From the NCBI GenBank assembly GCA_973895155.1, contig OZ316894.1, positions 13,945,580-14,009,579 on the forward strand: 64,000 nt of DNA. The letters are read 5' to 3'. The position numbers and the translations under genes were made by a program. Position 1 is the stretch's first letter, and each line of letters begins with the position of its first letter. The notes under the pieces were generated by a model, which was given only the letters and a program-made list of their open reading frames with translations, did no database searches and was not told the origin of the DNA. The DNA is from Marsupella aquatica (Eukaryota > Plantae > Marchantiophyta). Shown here piece after piece: positions 1-10,568 of this stretch.

Positions 1-406
1 CACACATGCTGCTAAAACCCTAAACCCAAAACAAGGGGGCCGACGGTGCCTTCGACGGCGCCCCAACAGTACACGTGAACCCTGAAAGTGAGAGGCACCC
101 CAAAATGGCCGAAACTAGGTGCCCTTCCAAGTGCACACCTGAGCTCACCCCTGGATAGCTCTTCTTTTCCTGCTTCCGAATCACTAAGTCGCTCCCTCAA
201 CGGACTTCAGACGCCTGAGTTATGGCCGTTTCCGTACCGCAAAAACATAAGTTCTCCAGGCCATAACTTGCTCATCCTGGCTCCGTTTGAGGAGCGCCGC
301 CTCTTGTTGGAATCAGCTCCGCGAGCTCATCCCAACAAGCCCATGAGTGACCCCCCACTAAAATGTTGGAAATCTGGAGGCCGTACACCCACGTCCGTAC
401 GCCTAT

Positions 407-2263
407 CTAATCCTCCTCTTCTTCTTCGCTCTCGGTGCCCGGACTTGTGCCCCGTGAGTGGTCCTCCTCCTCATCACTCACGGGAGTGAGTGCCACCGTA
501 CTTTTCTTCTTCTTCGACGGAGTACTCTTAGTGCTGCTGCTCCCGCGCTTCCTCAAAGCAGCCAAGGCCTGCCACGCCTTGATGTACCCCTCACCAATTG
601 TGTCCTTCCAGAGGGTAGCCTCTTCTCCGGACCGCAACTCCAACGGTAGAACTTGCCCCGTGGCCATGGGAGTCCCGGGGGTGACAGACCTGGGTGGCAT
701 CCCCGTACTGACCTGAGCCTCCCGTAACGATTTCCGTACCTCCCGGAGCTTCTTCTCCAAGCTCTTACTCTTCTCCTGACTCTTCTTGGCTCCATCCAAC
801 AAGGGTCCATACTTCCCACTAACCTCCTTCACCACCATCTCGATAGCTTGGGAGATCACATCCGGGGAAAGTGTGGAGCCAGGTGTGCCGGGACTCTTCC
901 GTTTCCCTAGACTCAGGGCCTCACTTCTCTTCGCTCGTGTCTCAAAGGCTGCCACCTGACTCCGTAGTGCTCCCACCTGGTTCCTCCACTCCATCACTTC
1001 TCCAGAATTTTGCTTCTCTTTGGCCAATGCTTGCCTCAACGCTCCTACTTCTTCTGCTTCCTTGGCCTTGGTGGACAAAGCTCCCTTCAAGTTGGTGATC
1101 TCTACGTGAGCTGCATTGATGTGCCTGACCTTCTCATGAATGGTCTGCTCCTTGGTCTTGATCACCTCCTTCAGTGACAGGATGCTCTGCTCTAACGTCT
1201 CTACTTTGACTGTGGCGTGCTTGAGAGACTCCCTCAATGCGTGGACTAGCTTGAGTCCCTCGTGGACTCCCTCTCTGAAATCCCGTAGCTCTGCCAAGTA
1301 AACATCCGGAATGTTGTATTCCAGAGGCTGTTTCGGATCTCCCACGAGTGATTCAAGCCACTCCAATGTGCAATCATCCTCCTGGTTCTCTTCTTCTCTA
1401 TTATCCTCCCCACCAGCAGACAATGATTCCTCCGTGAGCTTCCCTAAAACGGTAGTGGCAATACTCCGGATCTCCGTGGTGAGAGATGATCCCGTGTCTT
1501 CATGCCCCGGAGAACCAATCAACCCTTCTGCCCTGGCCAATACAAATGACCCCATCAAATGTACAGCCCCACCTGGTTTCACACTCCCGGGCTCAGCGGC
1601 CAATAGCTTCTTCAATCCGTAGCACCACCATCCGTACACATGGGCTGGGTAGTTCTTGATGTCCATAGCTACCACGAAATGCTCCTCATTCAGCACTCCG
1701 GATTGCACGTTGCCAAGAACCCGTTGATGCACCTTGGCCAGGAAGCCCTTATACTCAACATCCTTGACAGCAGAAAGAGGGATGGCGGTGGTGGAGGTAG
1801 GATTGGTCACCCAAGTGGCCACCATTTTCAACGTGAGTTCTCCCCTGATATTCCGAGGTGTGAATGAGAATTTCTGATTCTCAAGAAACAATAGCTTAGC
1901 CAACTCCACATGGGGCACTACACGTTTGAGACATTCAAAGTAGATTCCCTCCGTTCGGAACTCCATCCCGGCCTCAATGTCCCAGCTCTTCCCTGAAGGG
2001 ATGGTAATCTCCACCTTCATGAATTCTGTAAGCCCGGTGGCTTGGAAAATGTTCCGACAATCCTCCATCACCTTGGTGGAGGTCTTGGGATAAATTCGAC
2101 GAAAAATCTTCCTACCCACCGGTGAGGAACCCGCTGCCAATCCCGTGCTCATCATAACTTCTCTCTCTTCCCTTTCCCGTGTAATCCGAGTCTCCACGTA
2201 GTCACGGTAAGCAGCCTTGTATCTCCGAATGCGTGACGCACTAAACTCTGGTTGATCTAGCAT
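407..2263 (-). CDS. 618-aa LTR-resident accessory protein (3' LTR copy): N-terminal globular domain, acidic linker, long coiled coil, basic then acidic tail
   Basis: Uninterrupted ATG-to-stop ORF lying wholly inside the LTR. Heptad-like E/K/L/A-rich stretch from about aa 325-520, KKKK/KRK basic patches, EEEEED C-terminus. Confidence 0.85.
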   Translation of the reverse strand: MLDQPEFSASRIRRYKAAYRDYVETRITREREEREVMMSTGLAAGSSPVGRKIFRRIYPKTSTKVMEDCRNIFQATGLTEFMKVEITIPSGKSWDIEAGMEFRTEGIYFECLKRVVPHVELAKLLFLENQKFSFTPRNIRGELTLKMVATWVTNPTSTTAIPLSAVKDVEYKGFLAKVHQRVLGNVQSGVLNEEHFVVAMDIKNYPAHVYGWWCYGLKKLLAAEPGSVKPGGAVHLMGSFVLARAEGLIGSPGHEDTGSSLTTEIRSIATTVLGKLTEESLSAGGEDNREEENQEDDCTLEWLESLVGDPKQPLEYNIPDVYLAELRDFREGVHEGLKLVHALRESLKHATVKVETLEQSILSLKEVIKTKEQTIHEKVRHINAAHVEITNLKGALSTKAKEAEEVGALRQALAKEKQNSGEVMEWRNQVGALRSQVAAFETRAKRSEALSLGKRKSPGTPGSTLSPDVISQAIEMVVKEVSGKYGPLLDGAKKSQEKSKSLEKKLREVRKSLREAQVSTGMPPRSVTPGTPMATGQVLPLELRSGEEATLWKDTIGEGYIKAWQALAALRKRGSSSTKSTPSKKKKSTVALTPVSDEEEDHSRGTSPGTESEEEEED

Positions 2264-2700
2264 CCATGCATCCCGAAATCAATTTCTCAATCACCAATCC
2301 CGTCACCCGTGGCAATGTCAATTCCCTGGCCCGAAACAGCCCCCGTAGCCCGATCACTTAAATTCTCTCAATTTCCCGTCACTACTCCGTGCGGCCGCCA
2401 CTAATGCCTGGAAGAATGACGCCAGCAAGCCCCACTAATCCACCATGAAAGAGAGAGCTTCAAAAATAATTAGAATCTGGAGAGAGCTTCCGGCAAGAGA
2501 GAGAAGAACCCCGTTTTTGCTTTCGGCAATGAGAGGGTCGTGCAAAAGGAAGAGGGAAAGAAAAAGGAAGGAAAAAAAAATAGAACCGAAAAAACTCCTG
2601 GCGCCTTCGCCATGCGCCCCGGCCCATTTCTCGGGCCTTACCCTTGCGTCCTCCTGCGCGCGGCCCTATGCAGGGCGCGCGGCCATTCCTCCCGGCTCGC

Positions 2701-2888
2701 GGGAGGCCCTTCAACTCCCCCCTGCTCGCGTGATCCTCCCAGCTCGCGGGAGGCCCTTTAACTCCCCCCCGCTCGCGTGATCCTCCCAGCTCGCGGGAGG
2801 CCCTTTAACTCCCCCCCGCTCGCGTGATCCTCCCAGCTCGCGGGAGGCCCTTTAACTCCCCCCCGCTCGCGTGATCCTCCCAGCTCGC
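2701..2888. repeat. 4 x 47-bp GC-rich tandem repeat in 3' LTR
   Basis: Unit GGGAGGCCCTTTAACTCCCCCCCGCTCGCGTGATCCTCCCAGCTCGC, followed by two copies of a ~64-bp-period repeat (about 2896-3006). Confidence 0.95.
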
Positions 2889-3333
2889 GGGACCTCATTA
2901 ATTGCCCGGGCACGCAGCCCTATGGGCTCGCGAGGCAGCCCCTTCAGCTCGCGGAGCCCCATTAATCGCCCGGGCACGCAGCCCTATGGGCTCGCGAGGC
3001 AGCCCCTCTTTCTCTCGGACGGCCACTAATGGGACTCGCCCTCCTGAGGAGGGATTTATTTAAAAAAAAACCCCCCCCTCTCCTGACTTTGCAATGGGGG
3101 TCTCAACAATAGCTCTTGAAGCAAAACGGTAAGTCCTATGGGGCTGGTCCTGGCTAGTTTCAAGGTCCCAAAATATTTGCCCACTTAGGTCGCCGCAAAT
3201 CTTAGAACTATTATGAGAGAAAGAATATAAAGTCACCTGGGGCATCATCAACCTATAATGACGGAATTAACTAAAAATTAAAAAATGGCTTATTTACATT
3301 GACTATTAACAAGGTATCGGCCTTTGCAACCAG

Positions 3334-6300
3334 TTATGTGTGACTTCCCGTGACGGGGTACCCGTCACATAGCTCCTCTCTTAATTGCGAAGCGCCCCCG
3401 CGAGCACCATACTCTTCCTCCGTGTAGTACTTCTTTAGGCGCTCTTGATTGATCCGTGTGTTGAGTAGTTGCCCCTCCAATGTCTTGAGTTGAACCGAGC
3501 CGTTGGAGTAGACGGCATCCACTACGTAGGGTCCCATCCACCGTGTATGCAACTTCCCGGGGAAATGCATGAAGCGGCTATCGTAGAGGAGCACCAAATC
3601 TCCCTCCTCAATGGACACACGACGGAGACGGGAATCGTAATGTGACTTGCGTTTGCCTTGCTCCTGCTCCGTATGTGTCAAAGCCTCTTCTCGTGTCTCC
3701 GTGAGTTGCTCCAACTGTTGGATCCGTGAAGCGACACTTTCTTCTGCCCCTTCCCTTTCCCGTGTTAGGATTCGAATGGTTGGAACCTCAAATTCCACCG
3801 GCACAAGAGAGTGTTGTCCAAACACAAGGAAATAGGGGCTGTGGCCCGTGGTAGTCTTGTGAGCCAGGTTGTAAGCGTAAGTGGCAGCCAACAACTTCAA
3901 ATCCCAATCGGTCTTGTGAGCGGATACCGTTTTGTTGAGGATCTTGCCCATGATCCCGTTGGCTCTCTCAGTGAGCCCGTTGGCTCGAGGGTGGTACGGA
4001 GTGGTCTTCCTATGTGAGATCAAGTAGTTCTCCGTCAAACGTTCAATCGTATGATTGAGGAAGTGAGTACCCCTGTCACTTACCAACTCCAATGGTGGAC
4101 CAAATCGTGTAAAAATCTGCTCATACAAAAAACGTGCCGTGGTGTTGGCATCATCCTTGGCAGTAGCTCGGGCCTCCACCCACTTGGTGGCATAGTCCGT
4201 TGCAAGAATGATGTAGCGCTTCCTCCCTCTTCGTGTGATGGGAGTGAAAGGGCCAATGAAGTCCACCCCCCACTTCTCAAAGGGTGCAAGAGGAAGTATG
4301 GGCACCAATGGGTGTCGTGAGGAGGGCCCTGGTTTGCCTTGACGCTGGCACGGATCACATCGCTGGATGTACCGGTGTACATCCCGAAAGAGAGTTGGCC
4401 ACCAATATCCAGCATCTAGTATTTTCCTTGCGGTGGTCTCCCGTGCAAAGTGGCCACCAGCTTCCTCCTCATGTAATGCTGCCATGACTGTACGTATCTC
4501 CGCTTCCTCCAAACAACGACGAAGTCGGCCATCCATGCCGTACTTGTGAAGTACTCCCTTCACCAGCAAGTAGGGACCTGTCTTACGCAAAAACACTGCT
4601 GCTCTCTCCGGGCCCAAACGTGAGGGAACTCTAGCCGTGCGGAGAAATTCCAAAATTTCTCCATACCAAGTAGTGGCCTCTGTATTCACGCTGAACACTT
4701 CCTCATCCGGGAACCGATCATCAATCTCCTGGGAGTCAGATGCTCCCTCAATACGGGAGAAGAAGTCTGCATTGCTATGACTCTTCCCCGATCTTACTCT
4801 CACCTCATAGTTGAACTCTTGTAGCAACAAAACCCAACGTGCAATTCTCCCGGACAGATCTGGCTTGTTGACCATGTATTTCAAGCTGTTGTGATCCGTG
4901 TGGAACACAACCTTGTACCCCAACAAATAATGACGATACTTCTTACAAGCGTAGATGATACCAAGTGCCTCCCTATCGGTGGGTGAGTAGTTTTTCTCTG
5001 CCGGGGCCAACTGCCTACTGGCAAAGTAGATGGGATGGTCTCTTCCATCATCATCTAACTGACTCAAAACGGCACCGATGCAAAATCCTGATACGTCTAC
5101 GTAAACATGGAATTCCTTATTCCAATTGGGCGTAATGAGCACGGGGGCCTCTAGCAATCGTTTCTTCAATTCATCAAAAGCAGCCTGACGGGAAGGAGTA
5201 GGTTCAAACTCACTTCCTTTTTTCAACATGGAAGTGAGTGGCATGGCTACCTTGGCAAAGTCTTTGATGAAGCGTCGGTAGTAGCCAACACACCCCAAGA
5301 ACCCTCTCACTTCCTTCACATTCTTGGGAAATGAGACTGCTACCCACACGGCGACCTTCTCACGATCAACTTCAATCCCTCGTGCAGACACTTTGTGGCC
5401 CAATAGGATTCCCTCCTCAATTCCAAAGAAACATTTCTCCGGATGCAGCTTCAGGCAAGTCTCCCGGCACCGCTGAAAAGTCAACCGTAAGTGTTCCGGA
5501 TGCTTGACTCGTTTGCCGTAGACAGCAAAGTCATCAATAAAGATCTCCAAGAACCTGCGTAAAAAGTCATGAAATATATTCATCATGAGCCGTTGGAACA
5601 TGCCAGGGGCATTGCACAACCCAAAAGGCATTCTCCGGAATGCAAAAATCCCCCACTCTGTTGTGAAAGCCGTCTTGAGTTGGTCCTCCTCCCGTATCCA
5701 GATTTGGTTGTACCCAGAGTAGCCATCCAAGAAGCTGTATATCTCCCAACCTGCTACCATGTCCAACACGATATCCGTGAACGGTAGCGGGTAGTGATCC
5801 TTCTTGGTCGCATCATTCAACTTTCGAAAATCTTGGCACACCCGTATTTTCACCTTCCCGTCTGGCCCCTTTTTCTTGGGCACGATTACGATGGGTGACA
5901 CCCACTCACTATGCATGACCGGATAAATGAATCCTGCATCCAACAAACGGTCAATCTCCTCCTTCACCATGAGTGAGTATTTGGGGTTGAGGCGGTATTG
6001 GCGTTGCCTCACAGGTCGTGCTCCTGACATCAGGTCAATGCTGTGCTCACCAAACTCAGGTGGCACTCCTTTCAAATCTTGGTGGCTCCACGCAAATACG
6101 TCTTGGTACTCTTTCAACAATTCCTGAATCGTGCGTTGCTCCGTAGCATCCAACTTACTACCAATGTTGAGTGTCTTGCCCTCACCCACTTCCACCTTTG
6201 TGTACTGCTCCGGCCTGATCACGTCCAACTTGTTGCGTGTCTCCTCATCAAAGGTTTCTTCCAACCGTGCGAGCCTCATCCCTCCATACACCGGTGCATC

Positions 6301-9300
6301 ACTCTCCTCCTGGTCTGGTCGGGATGGAGGTGGATCCTTTGTCACATGGGCCATTATTTCTTCAACGTCAGATTCTTTGTAATGTGACAATAGCTCCTCT
6401 CTAAAGTCATCATCCAGGATGTCATTCAAAAACTGCTCTCTTTGCTCATCATCAAACATGATCGTGTGGGCTTGCATTTCCACCTCCTCGGGGTGATCCT
6501 CTGCCTCCCTATCATGAATCTCGAGAGGTTCAGCCTCCACAATTTTGCTTCGCTCGTCTTCCATCTCTTCTAGAACAGCGTGCACTTGGCTAACTGATTC
6601 CTCTACTGCATGCTCTTGAGTAGCAACTCCGGGGCCAAAAACATCTTCCTCCGTGAGGTGAGAAATCAGTTTCACCATGTATACTTCATCCTCGTCTTCA
6701 TCTGAGGTGACCTCTGAATCATATTCCTCCTCCATAGTCGTAGTCTCCCCGTGAGGTGACTCCGCTGACCATGGAATAGTGATAGTGGGGATACCAAACC
6801 GAAACTGCCGTTTGCCCCAATCACTTGTGACCTTGGCCACATACAACCATGGCCTGCCAATTAAAATGGGAAAACCGTACGGCCGAACGGGTCGCATCAC
6901 CAAATAGTTGAGGGGGAAAGATTTTCCCCCAATCATTGTTGGAATCTTGGTGAGACACCCCAACGGCACCACCCGTGCACCATCAGCCAACCTCATGGCA
7001 CGTGCCGGTGGTTCTAACTCTGTATACCCCAACCGGTTTGCCGTCTCCTCAGTCATGATGTTGACTCCCGAGCCCCCGTCCACCGGTACAAACCGTATTG
7101 CACATCCATTGATGTCCACCGTGAGTTCTGGGGCACCCAAATCCTCCGTGACCCAGTTGACTTGTATGGGGTCAGCCCCAACTTTGGGTAACCTTCGTCT
7201 ACGTCTCCTCCTCATGAGAATCTCCTTGACTTGGCGACGGTATAGGGAGCTATCCCGTAATAGTTGACCAATTGTGGCACTGACTGGGCAATCCAGAATG
7301 TCTTGAGCAATGTTGTACGCGGTTGCAGGAGGTATGGGTGGGATGACCTCTTCTCCCGGTTTCCAACGAACAACCCTCTCCTCCGCTTTCTTTCTGGCCT
7401 TTGCCTCCTCCATGTCTTTGTCAATGGCCGCTTGCATGGCTTGTGCTTCTAGCTCCTCCAACTGCTTACGTACCTCTTCTCCCACCTTCGGATAGAACAA
7501 CTTGGGGTTGTCCCGATCAAAGTCACTATCCTCCATGGGTGGCACCTCCGGTTCGTGTGAGGTACCCGATGTGGAAGCTTGATGCACCTCCTTGTACTTC
7601 TGCTTGAGCTCGGACTTGCCCTTCTTTTTGCCGGATCGAGTGGAGACTCGGTAACAAGAGTAATGCCTTCTCTCCTCGTCGCTGTCTTCCTCCGGTAGAT
7701 TCTCAGCATGAGTCCACTCATGACTTGGGGGTGAGGGGTTAGCAACTTCAACTTCCGTAGATGTTGCAACAACAACCACCGGTATCTCAACAACTGGAGA
7801 TACTACAACGACTAGCGGTACCACCTCCTCCGTTATGGTGGTCATCCTTTGCTTGGGAATGTTCACTACGGTTTCTTCTCTTCTAGTGATTAGAGGGGTG
7901 TCGACTGCTTCCGTGGTGAGAAAGTTGACGCTAGCTTCTTTCAGAGGAGGTGGCGGCCCCTTCTTCTCTTGTGCCCCAATCGGTTGAGCCTTGAACGCCT
8001 CCAAGGTTGGGCAGTGTGGTGCAAGATGACCCTCCCCCTTGCATAGTTGACACAGCCGGGCAAAATCTCCATTGCCTTGACGGGTGGGCTCTGGGCACAC
8101 ATTAGCGTAGTGGCCCGCCACTCTACAATTGTAACAAATAGGGATCTTCCTCACTCCAGGGTACGGTGGTCGATTCCCTGGGTTAGCGTTGGGATAGTTG
8201 GAGTATGCGGGTGCTCCGGCGTTTGTTGAAACTCCATAAATGCTCCGTGGTCCCGGGTTGAGAGGTTGTACACTATACACGTTGGCCTCTGGTGGCTCCT
8301 CCATGAAGTACTCTATTGGCCCTTCCGCTGCATATGAAGGATTTGAGTAGCTTGCCCCCTCAACATCCTCCTCCCGTACTTGGAAAACCTTGGCTGGTTC
8401 TCCCGCTGGGCACTCCTTCGGGGCATGACCAAACTTCATGCACTTGGTGCACCACACATTGGCTCTCTCCACCGGAACTTTTCTCCTCTCAGGTTTGAGT
8501 CCGGCAAAATGTACTTTCAACGCTTTCATTTGCTCCGTCAGCTCATCATATCTGGCCTCTTGCTCCTTCAGGCGTCTTGCCGTAGACAATGGTGTAACGG
8601 CCACCGTGGGTAGTATCACTTCACGGTGAGAGGACTTCTTGACTTTCTTTGACAACTTCTTCTTCTTCCTCCTTCGTCTTTCAGCTTCTGACTCCGTAGT
8701 GTCTGACTCTGTAGTACTCTCAGAATCCTCAGATTCATCACTACTATCTGAATCAGATCCACTCGACTCCTCACTGGAGGAACTGTCAACCGGCTTCAGC
8801 TTCTTTCTTCGGCAACGCTTGCTTGTGGCATCAGCTGCGGTGTATGACTCCGCTGCTGCAATAGCTTCAGCCAATGTGGTTGGCTTGGCTTGACGTACAA
8901 AGAACCCCATCTTGCTTGGTAGGGCAGCCACAAACCAGGCTTGACGCATAGCATCATCGGTACGGGCTTGGATCCGACGTACCAGCTTTTGGAACCTTTG
9001 CAAAAACCTCCGTAATGACTCCTTCTTCTTCATCCTGAGTTGGCCCACCTTTAATAGTGAGGTGGCCTCCACTCCTATGGATCTGAACTCCTTCAAGAAG
9101 GCTTGCTTGAACAGAGCCCAATCAGCTTTCACGTTGGCCAACAACGAAATGAACCATGGACCTGCCTCCCCTCTCATCATTCCAGGAATGATAGTGAGCT
9201 TATGTGCAGACTCCCCATTAGCTTCGGCAATCCCTTCAAACTCCTCAATCCATTCGTCTGGATCATCCTTTGGTCTCCCCTTGAAGGGTACGTACTGAAC

Positions 9301-9732
9301 ACGGGTACGTTGTGCAGCTGCCATCGGTGCAGCCGGTGCCTGTATCAACACAGGTGGTAATGGCGCTTGTTGGGCCACCGGTAACAGCACCGATGATAGG
9401 TGTGAGATGATTTGTGGCAATGCAGTGAGCTCTGGGATCAGATTTTGTAACTCAGACTGCACCAACACAAAGGGCTCTCCTTCTTCTCGCTCGTGATCTA
9501 TGTCTGGCTCTTCGTCTGGGCATATGGCCTCATTACGTTGAGCCTCTTCCTGTTGCACACCAACTTGTTCTTCCAGCACCAGTGGCAACCTCCTCTCTTC
9601 TGCAAGCCGTAAGCGTTCTTCGGCAGCAACTCGTCGTCTGGTCCCAATCCAAGAGGGCCCCCCTTCTAGCTCTGATCTTGGGGTACGTGTGTGTTGGGGA
9701 CTTCCTCTACCTCCCCTTCTCCCTCTCGGCAT
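3334..9732 (-). CDS. Gag-Pol polyprotein, 2132 aa
   Basis: Gag with three CCHC knuckles (CTKC..H..C, CYNC..H..C, CQLC..H..C), protease VDGGSG, RT (RVCQDFRKLN, MPFGL, FIDD), RNase H (VDVS, DREAL, TDH), integrase (H..H..CDPC, WGVDF, SDRG, NGLTER), and WMGPY motif. Confidence 0.97.
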   Translation of the reverse strand: MPRGRRGGRGSPQHTRTPRSELEGGPSWIGTRRRVAAEERLRLAEERRLPLVLEEQVGVQQEEAQRNEAICPDEEPDIDHEREEGEPFVLVQSELQNLIPELTALPQIISHLSSVLLPVAQQAPLPPVLIQAPAAPMAAAQRTRVQYVPFKGRPKDDPDEWIEEFEGIAEANGESAHKLTIIPGMMRGEAGPWFISLLANVKADWALFKQAFLKEFRSIGVEATSLLKVGQLRMKKKESLRRFLQRFQKLVRRIQARTDDAMRQAWFVAALPSKMGFFVRQAKPTTLAEAIAAAESYTAADATSKRCRRKKLKPVDSSSSEESSGSDSDSSDESEDSESTTESDTTESEAERRRRKKKKLSKKVKKSSHREVILPTVAVTPLSTARRLKEQEARYDELTEQMKALKVHFAGLKPERRKVPVERANVWCTKCMKFGHAPKECPAGEPAKVFQVREEDVEGASYSNPSYAAEGPIEYFMEEPPEANVYSVQPLNPGPRSIYGVSTNAGAPAYSNYPNANPGNRPPYPGVRKIPICYNCRVAGHYANVCPEPTRQGNGDFARLCQLCKGEGHLAPHCPTLEAFKAQPIGAQEKKGPPPPLKEASVNFLTTEAVDTPLITRREETVVNIPKQRMTTITEEVVPLVVVVSPVVEIPVVVVATSTEVEVANPSPPSHEWTHAENLPEEDSDEERRHYSCYRVSTRSGKKKGKSELKQKYKEVHQASTSGTSHEPEVPPMEDSDFDRDNPKLFYPKVGEEVRKQLEELEAQAMQAAIDKDMEEAKARKKAEERVVRWKPGEEVIPPIPPATAYNIAQDILDCPVSATIGQLLRDSSLYRRQVKEILMRRRRRRRLPKVGADPIQVNWVTEDLGAPELTVDINGCAIRFVPVDGGSGVNIMTEETANRLGYTELEPPARAMRLADGARVVPLGCLTKIPTMIGGKSFPLNYLVMRPVRPYGFPILIGRPWLYVAKVTSDWGKRQFRFGIPTITIPWSAESPHGETTTMEEEYDSEVTSDEDEDEVYMVKLISHLTEEDVFGPGVATQEHAVEESVSQVHAVLEEMEDERSKIVEAEPLEIHDREAEDHPEEVEMQAHTIMFDDEQREQFLNDILDDDFREELLSHYKESDVEEIMAHVTKDPPPSRPDQEESDAPVYGGMRLARLEETFDEETRNKLDVIRPEQYTKVEVGEGKTLNIGSKLDATEQRTIQELLKEYQDVFAWSHQDLKGVPPEFGEHSIDLMSGARPVRQRQYRLNPKYSLMVKEEIDRLLDAGFIYPVMHSEWVSPIVIVPKKKGPDGKVKIRVCQDFRKLNDATKKDHYPLPFTDIVLDMVAGWEIYSFLDGYSGYNQIWIREEDQLKTAFTTEWGIFAFRRMPFGLCNAPGMFQRLMMNIFHDFLRRFLEIFIDDFAVYGKRVKHPEHLRLTFQRCRETCLKLHPEKCFFGIEEGILLGHKVSARGIEVDREKVAVWVAVSFPKNVKEVRGFLGCVGYYRRFIKDFAKVAMPLTSMLKKGSEFEPTPSRQAAFDELKKRLLEAPVLITPNWNKEFHVYVDVSGFCIGAVLSQLDDDGRDHPIYFASRQLAPAEKNYSPTDREALGIIYACKKYRHYLLGYKVVFHTDHNSLKYMVNKPDLSGRIARWVLLLQEFNYEVRVRSGKSHSNADFFSRIEGASDSQEIDDRFPDEEVFSVNTEATTWYGEILEFLRTARVPSRLGPERAAVFLRKTGPYLLVKGVLHKYGMDGRLRRCLEEAEIRTVMAALHEEEAGGHFARETTARKILDAGYWWPTLFRDVHRYIQRCDPCQRQGKPGPSSRHPLVPILPLAPFEKWGVDFIGPFTPITRRGRKRYIILATDYATKWVEARATAKDDANTTARFLYEQIFTRFGPPLELVSDRGTHFLNHTIERLTENYLISHRKTTPYHPRANGLTERANGIMGKILNKTVSAHKTDWDLKLLAATYAYNLAHKTTTGHSPYFLVFGQHSLVPVEFEVPTIRILTREREGAEESVASRIQQLEQLTETREEALTHTEQEQGKRKSHYDSRLRRVSIEEGDLVLLYDSRFMHFPGKLHTRWMGPYVVDAVYSNGSVQLKTLEGQLLNTRINQERLKKYYTEEEYGARGGASQLREELCDGYPVTGSHT
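3370..3382 (-). other. Polypurine tract
   Basis: AAGAGAGGAGCTA directly before the TG of the 3' LTR. Confidence 0.8.
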
Positions 9733-9949
9733 CCCATTGAGACCTGCATTCCAAACTTACACCAATGTCTCAGAAAGCAATATTTGTAAACATCAACCGT
9801 CGCACGATGCGTTGTGGTTGACGTACAATAACAAAGTAACCAACAAACTTCTCACGTATCAACCGTCGCAAGTTGCGTTGTGGTTGATAGGTTTGAACTC
9901 CCAATAGACGTAGCTCCCCTCCTTCGTGTCGTCAAACAAGAAGAAGGAT

Positions 9950-9967
9950 TCCCCGGCAGCGGCGCCA
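9950..9967 (-). other. Primer-binding site, tRNA-Asp type
   Basis: TGGCGCCGCTGCCGGGGA, one mismatch to the TGGCGCCGTTGCCGGGGA PBS recalled for Athila elements. Confidence 0.85.
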
Positions 9968-10568
9968 AAAACAAAAGACCACACTTATGTCACTTGCCTC
10001 TCCAACGGTTAATACGTGCAAACCGCACTTTTCTTCGCTTAAACCGTTGGTATCGTATTACGGGGTCGTGGAGGGACGCTATTTGGATTCTTTTCACACC
10101 AGGATGAGTATTTTGGTTTCCGCTCCCGGAAATGTAGGTTTTGATCAAGTCTACCGACTACCCTCACCCCACAGCTTTTGATCAAGTCCTGCCGACTACC
10201 CCACTACACCTTCACTCGGAGTCACCCAAAGAGTGCTGTCACCACCCCTACTCACAAGGCCGACTCAAACCAAGCAAGTTTCTTCAAATCATAGAACGGG
10301 AGAACACAATTCGGAAAGCGAAAAAGGGAGAAGGAACACACAACAAAAGCCCATCAAGTCCAATGTACAGATCCATATCTCTTGGGAAAAACGATACACA
10401 TTGCATGAGTAACCCGGCCTCCTGCCGTCTACTCAACTCCTGCCTCTCCGGACAATGAGTATGGCTCCCCCTCACTACTCTGAACACGCTTTCAAACTCC
10501 TCAGGCTCCACTCTATCCCTCCTTGCTAACTTCACACTGAGTCCCCCTAACTACTTCGGGGCTATCCC

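Larger units (their letters stand above)
1..3369 (-). repeat. 3' LTR (truncated by window edge, ~0.7 kb missing)
   Basis: Matches 10693-14014. Begins TGTGACGGG on the minus strand immediately after the PPT. Identity to the other copy ends exactly at this TG. Confidence 0.92.

Noticed and set aside
407-2263. env-like gene call
   Set aside because: No signal peptide or convincing transmembrane helix, and it lies downstream of the PPT inside the LTR.
2445-2780. Short ORFs over the LTR repeats and antisense ORFs over gag-pol
   Set aside because: Low-complexity or shadow frames with no recognisable motifs.
2701-3010. CRISPR-like array
   Set aside because: Head-to-tail repeats without unique spacers, in a eukaryotic context with no cas genes.
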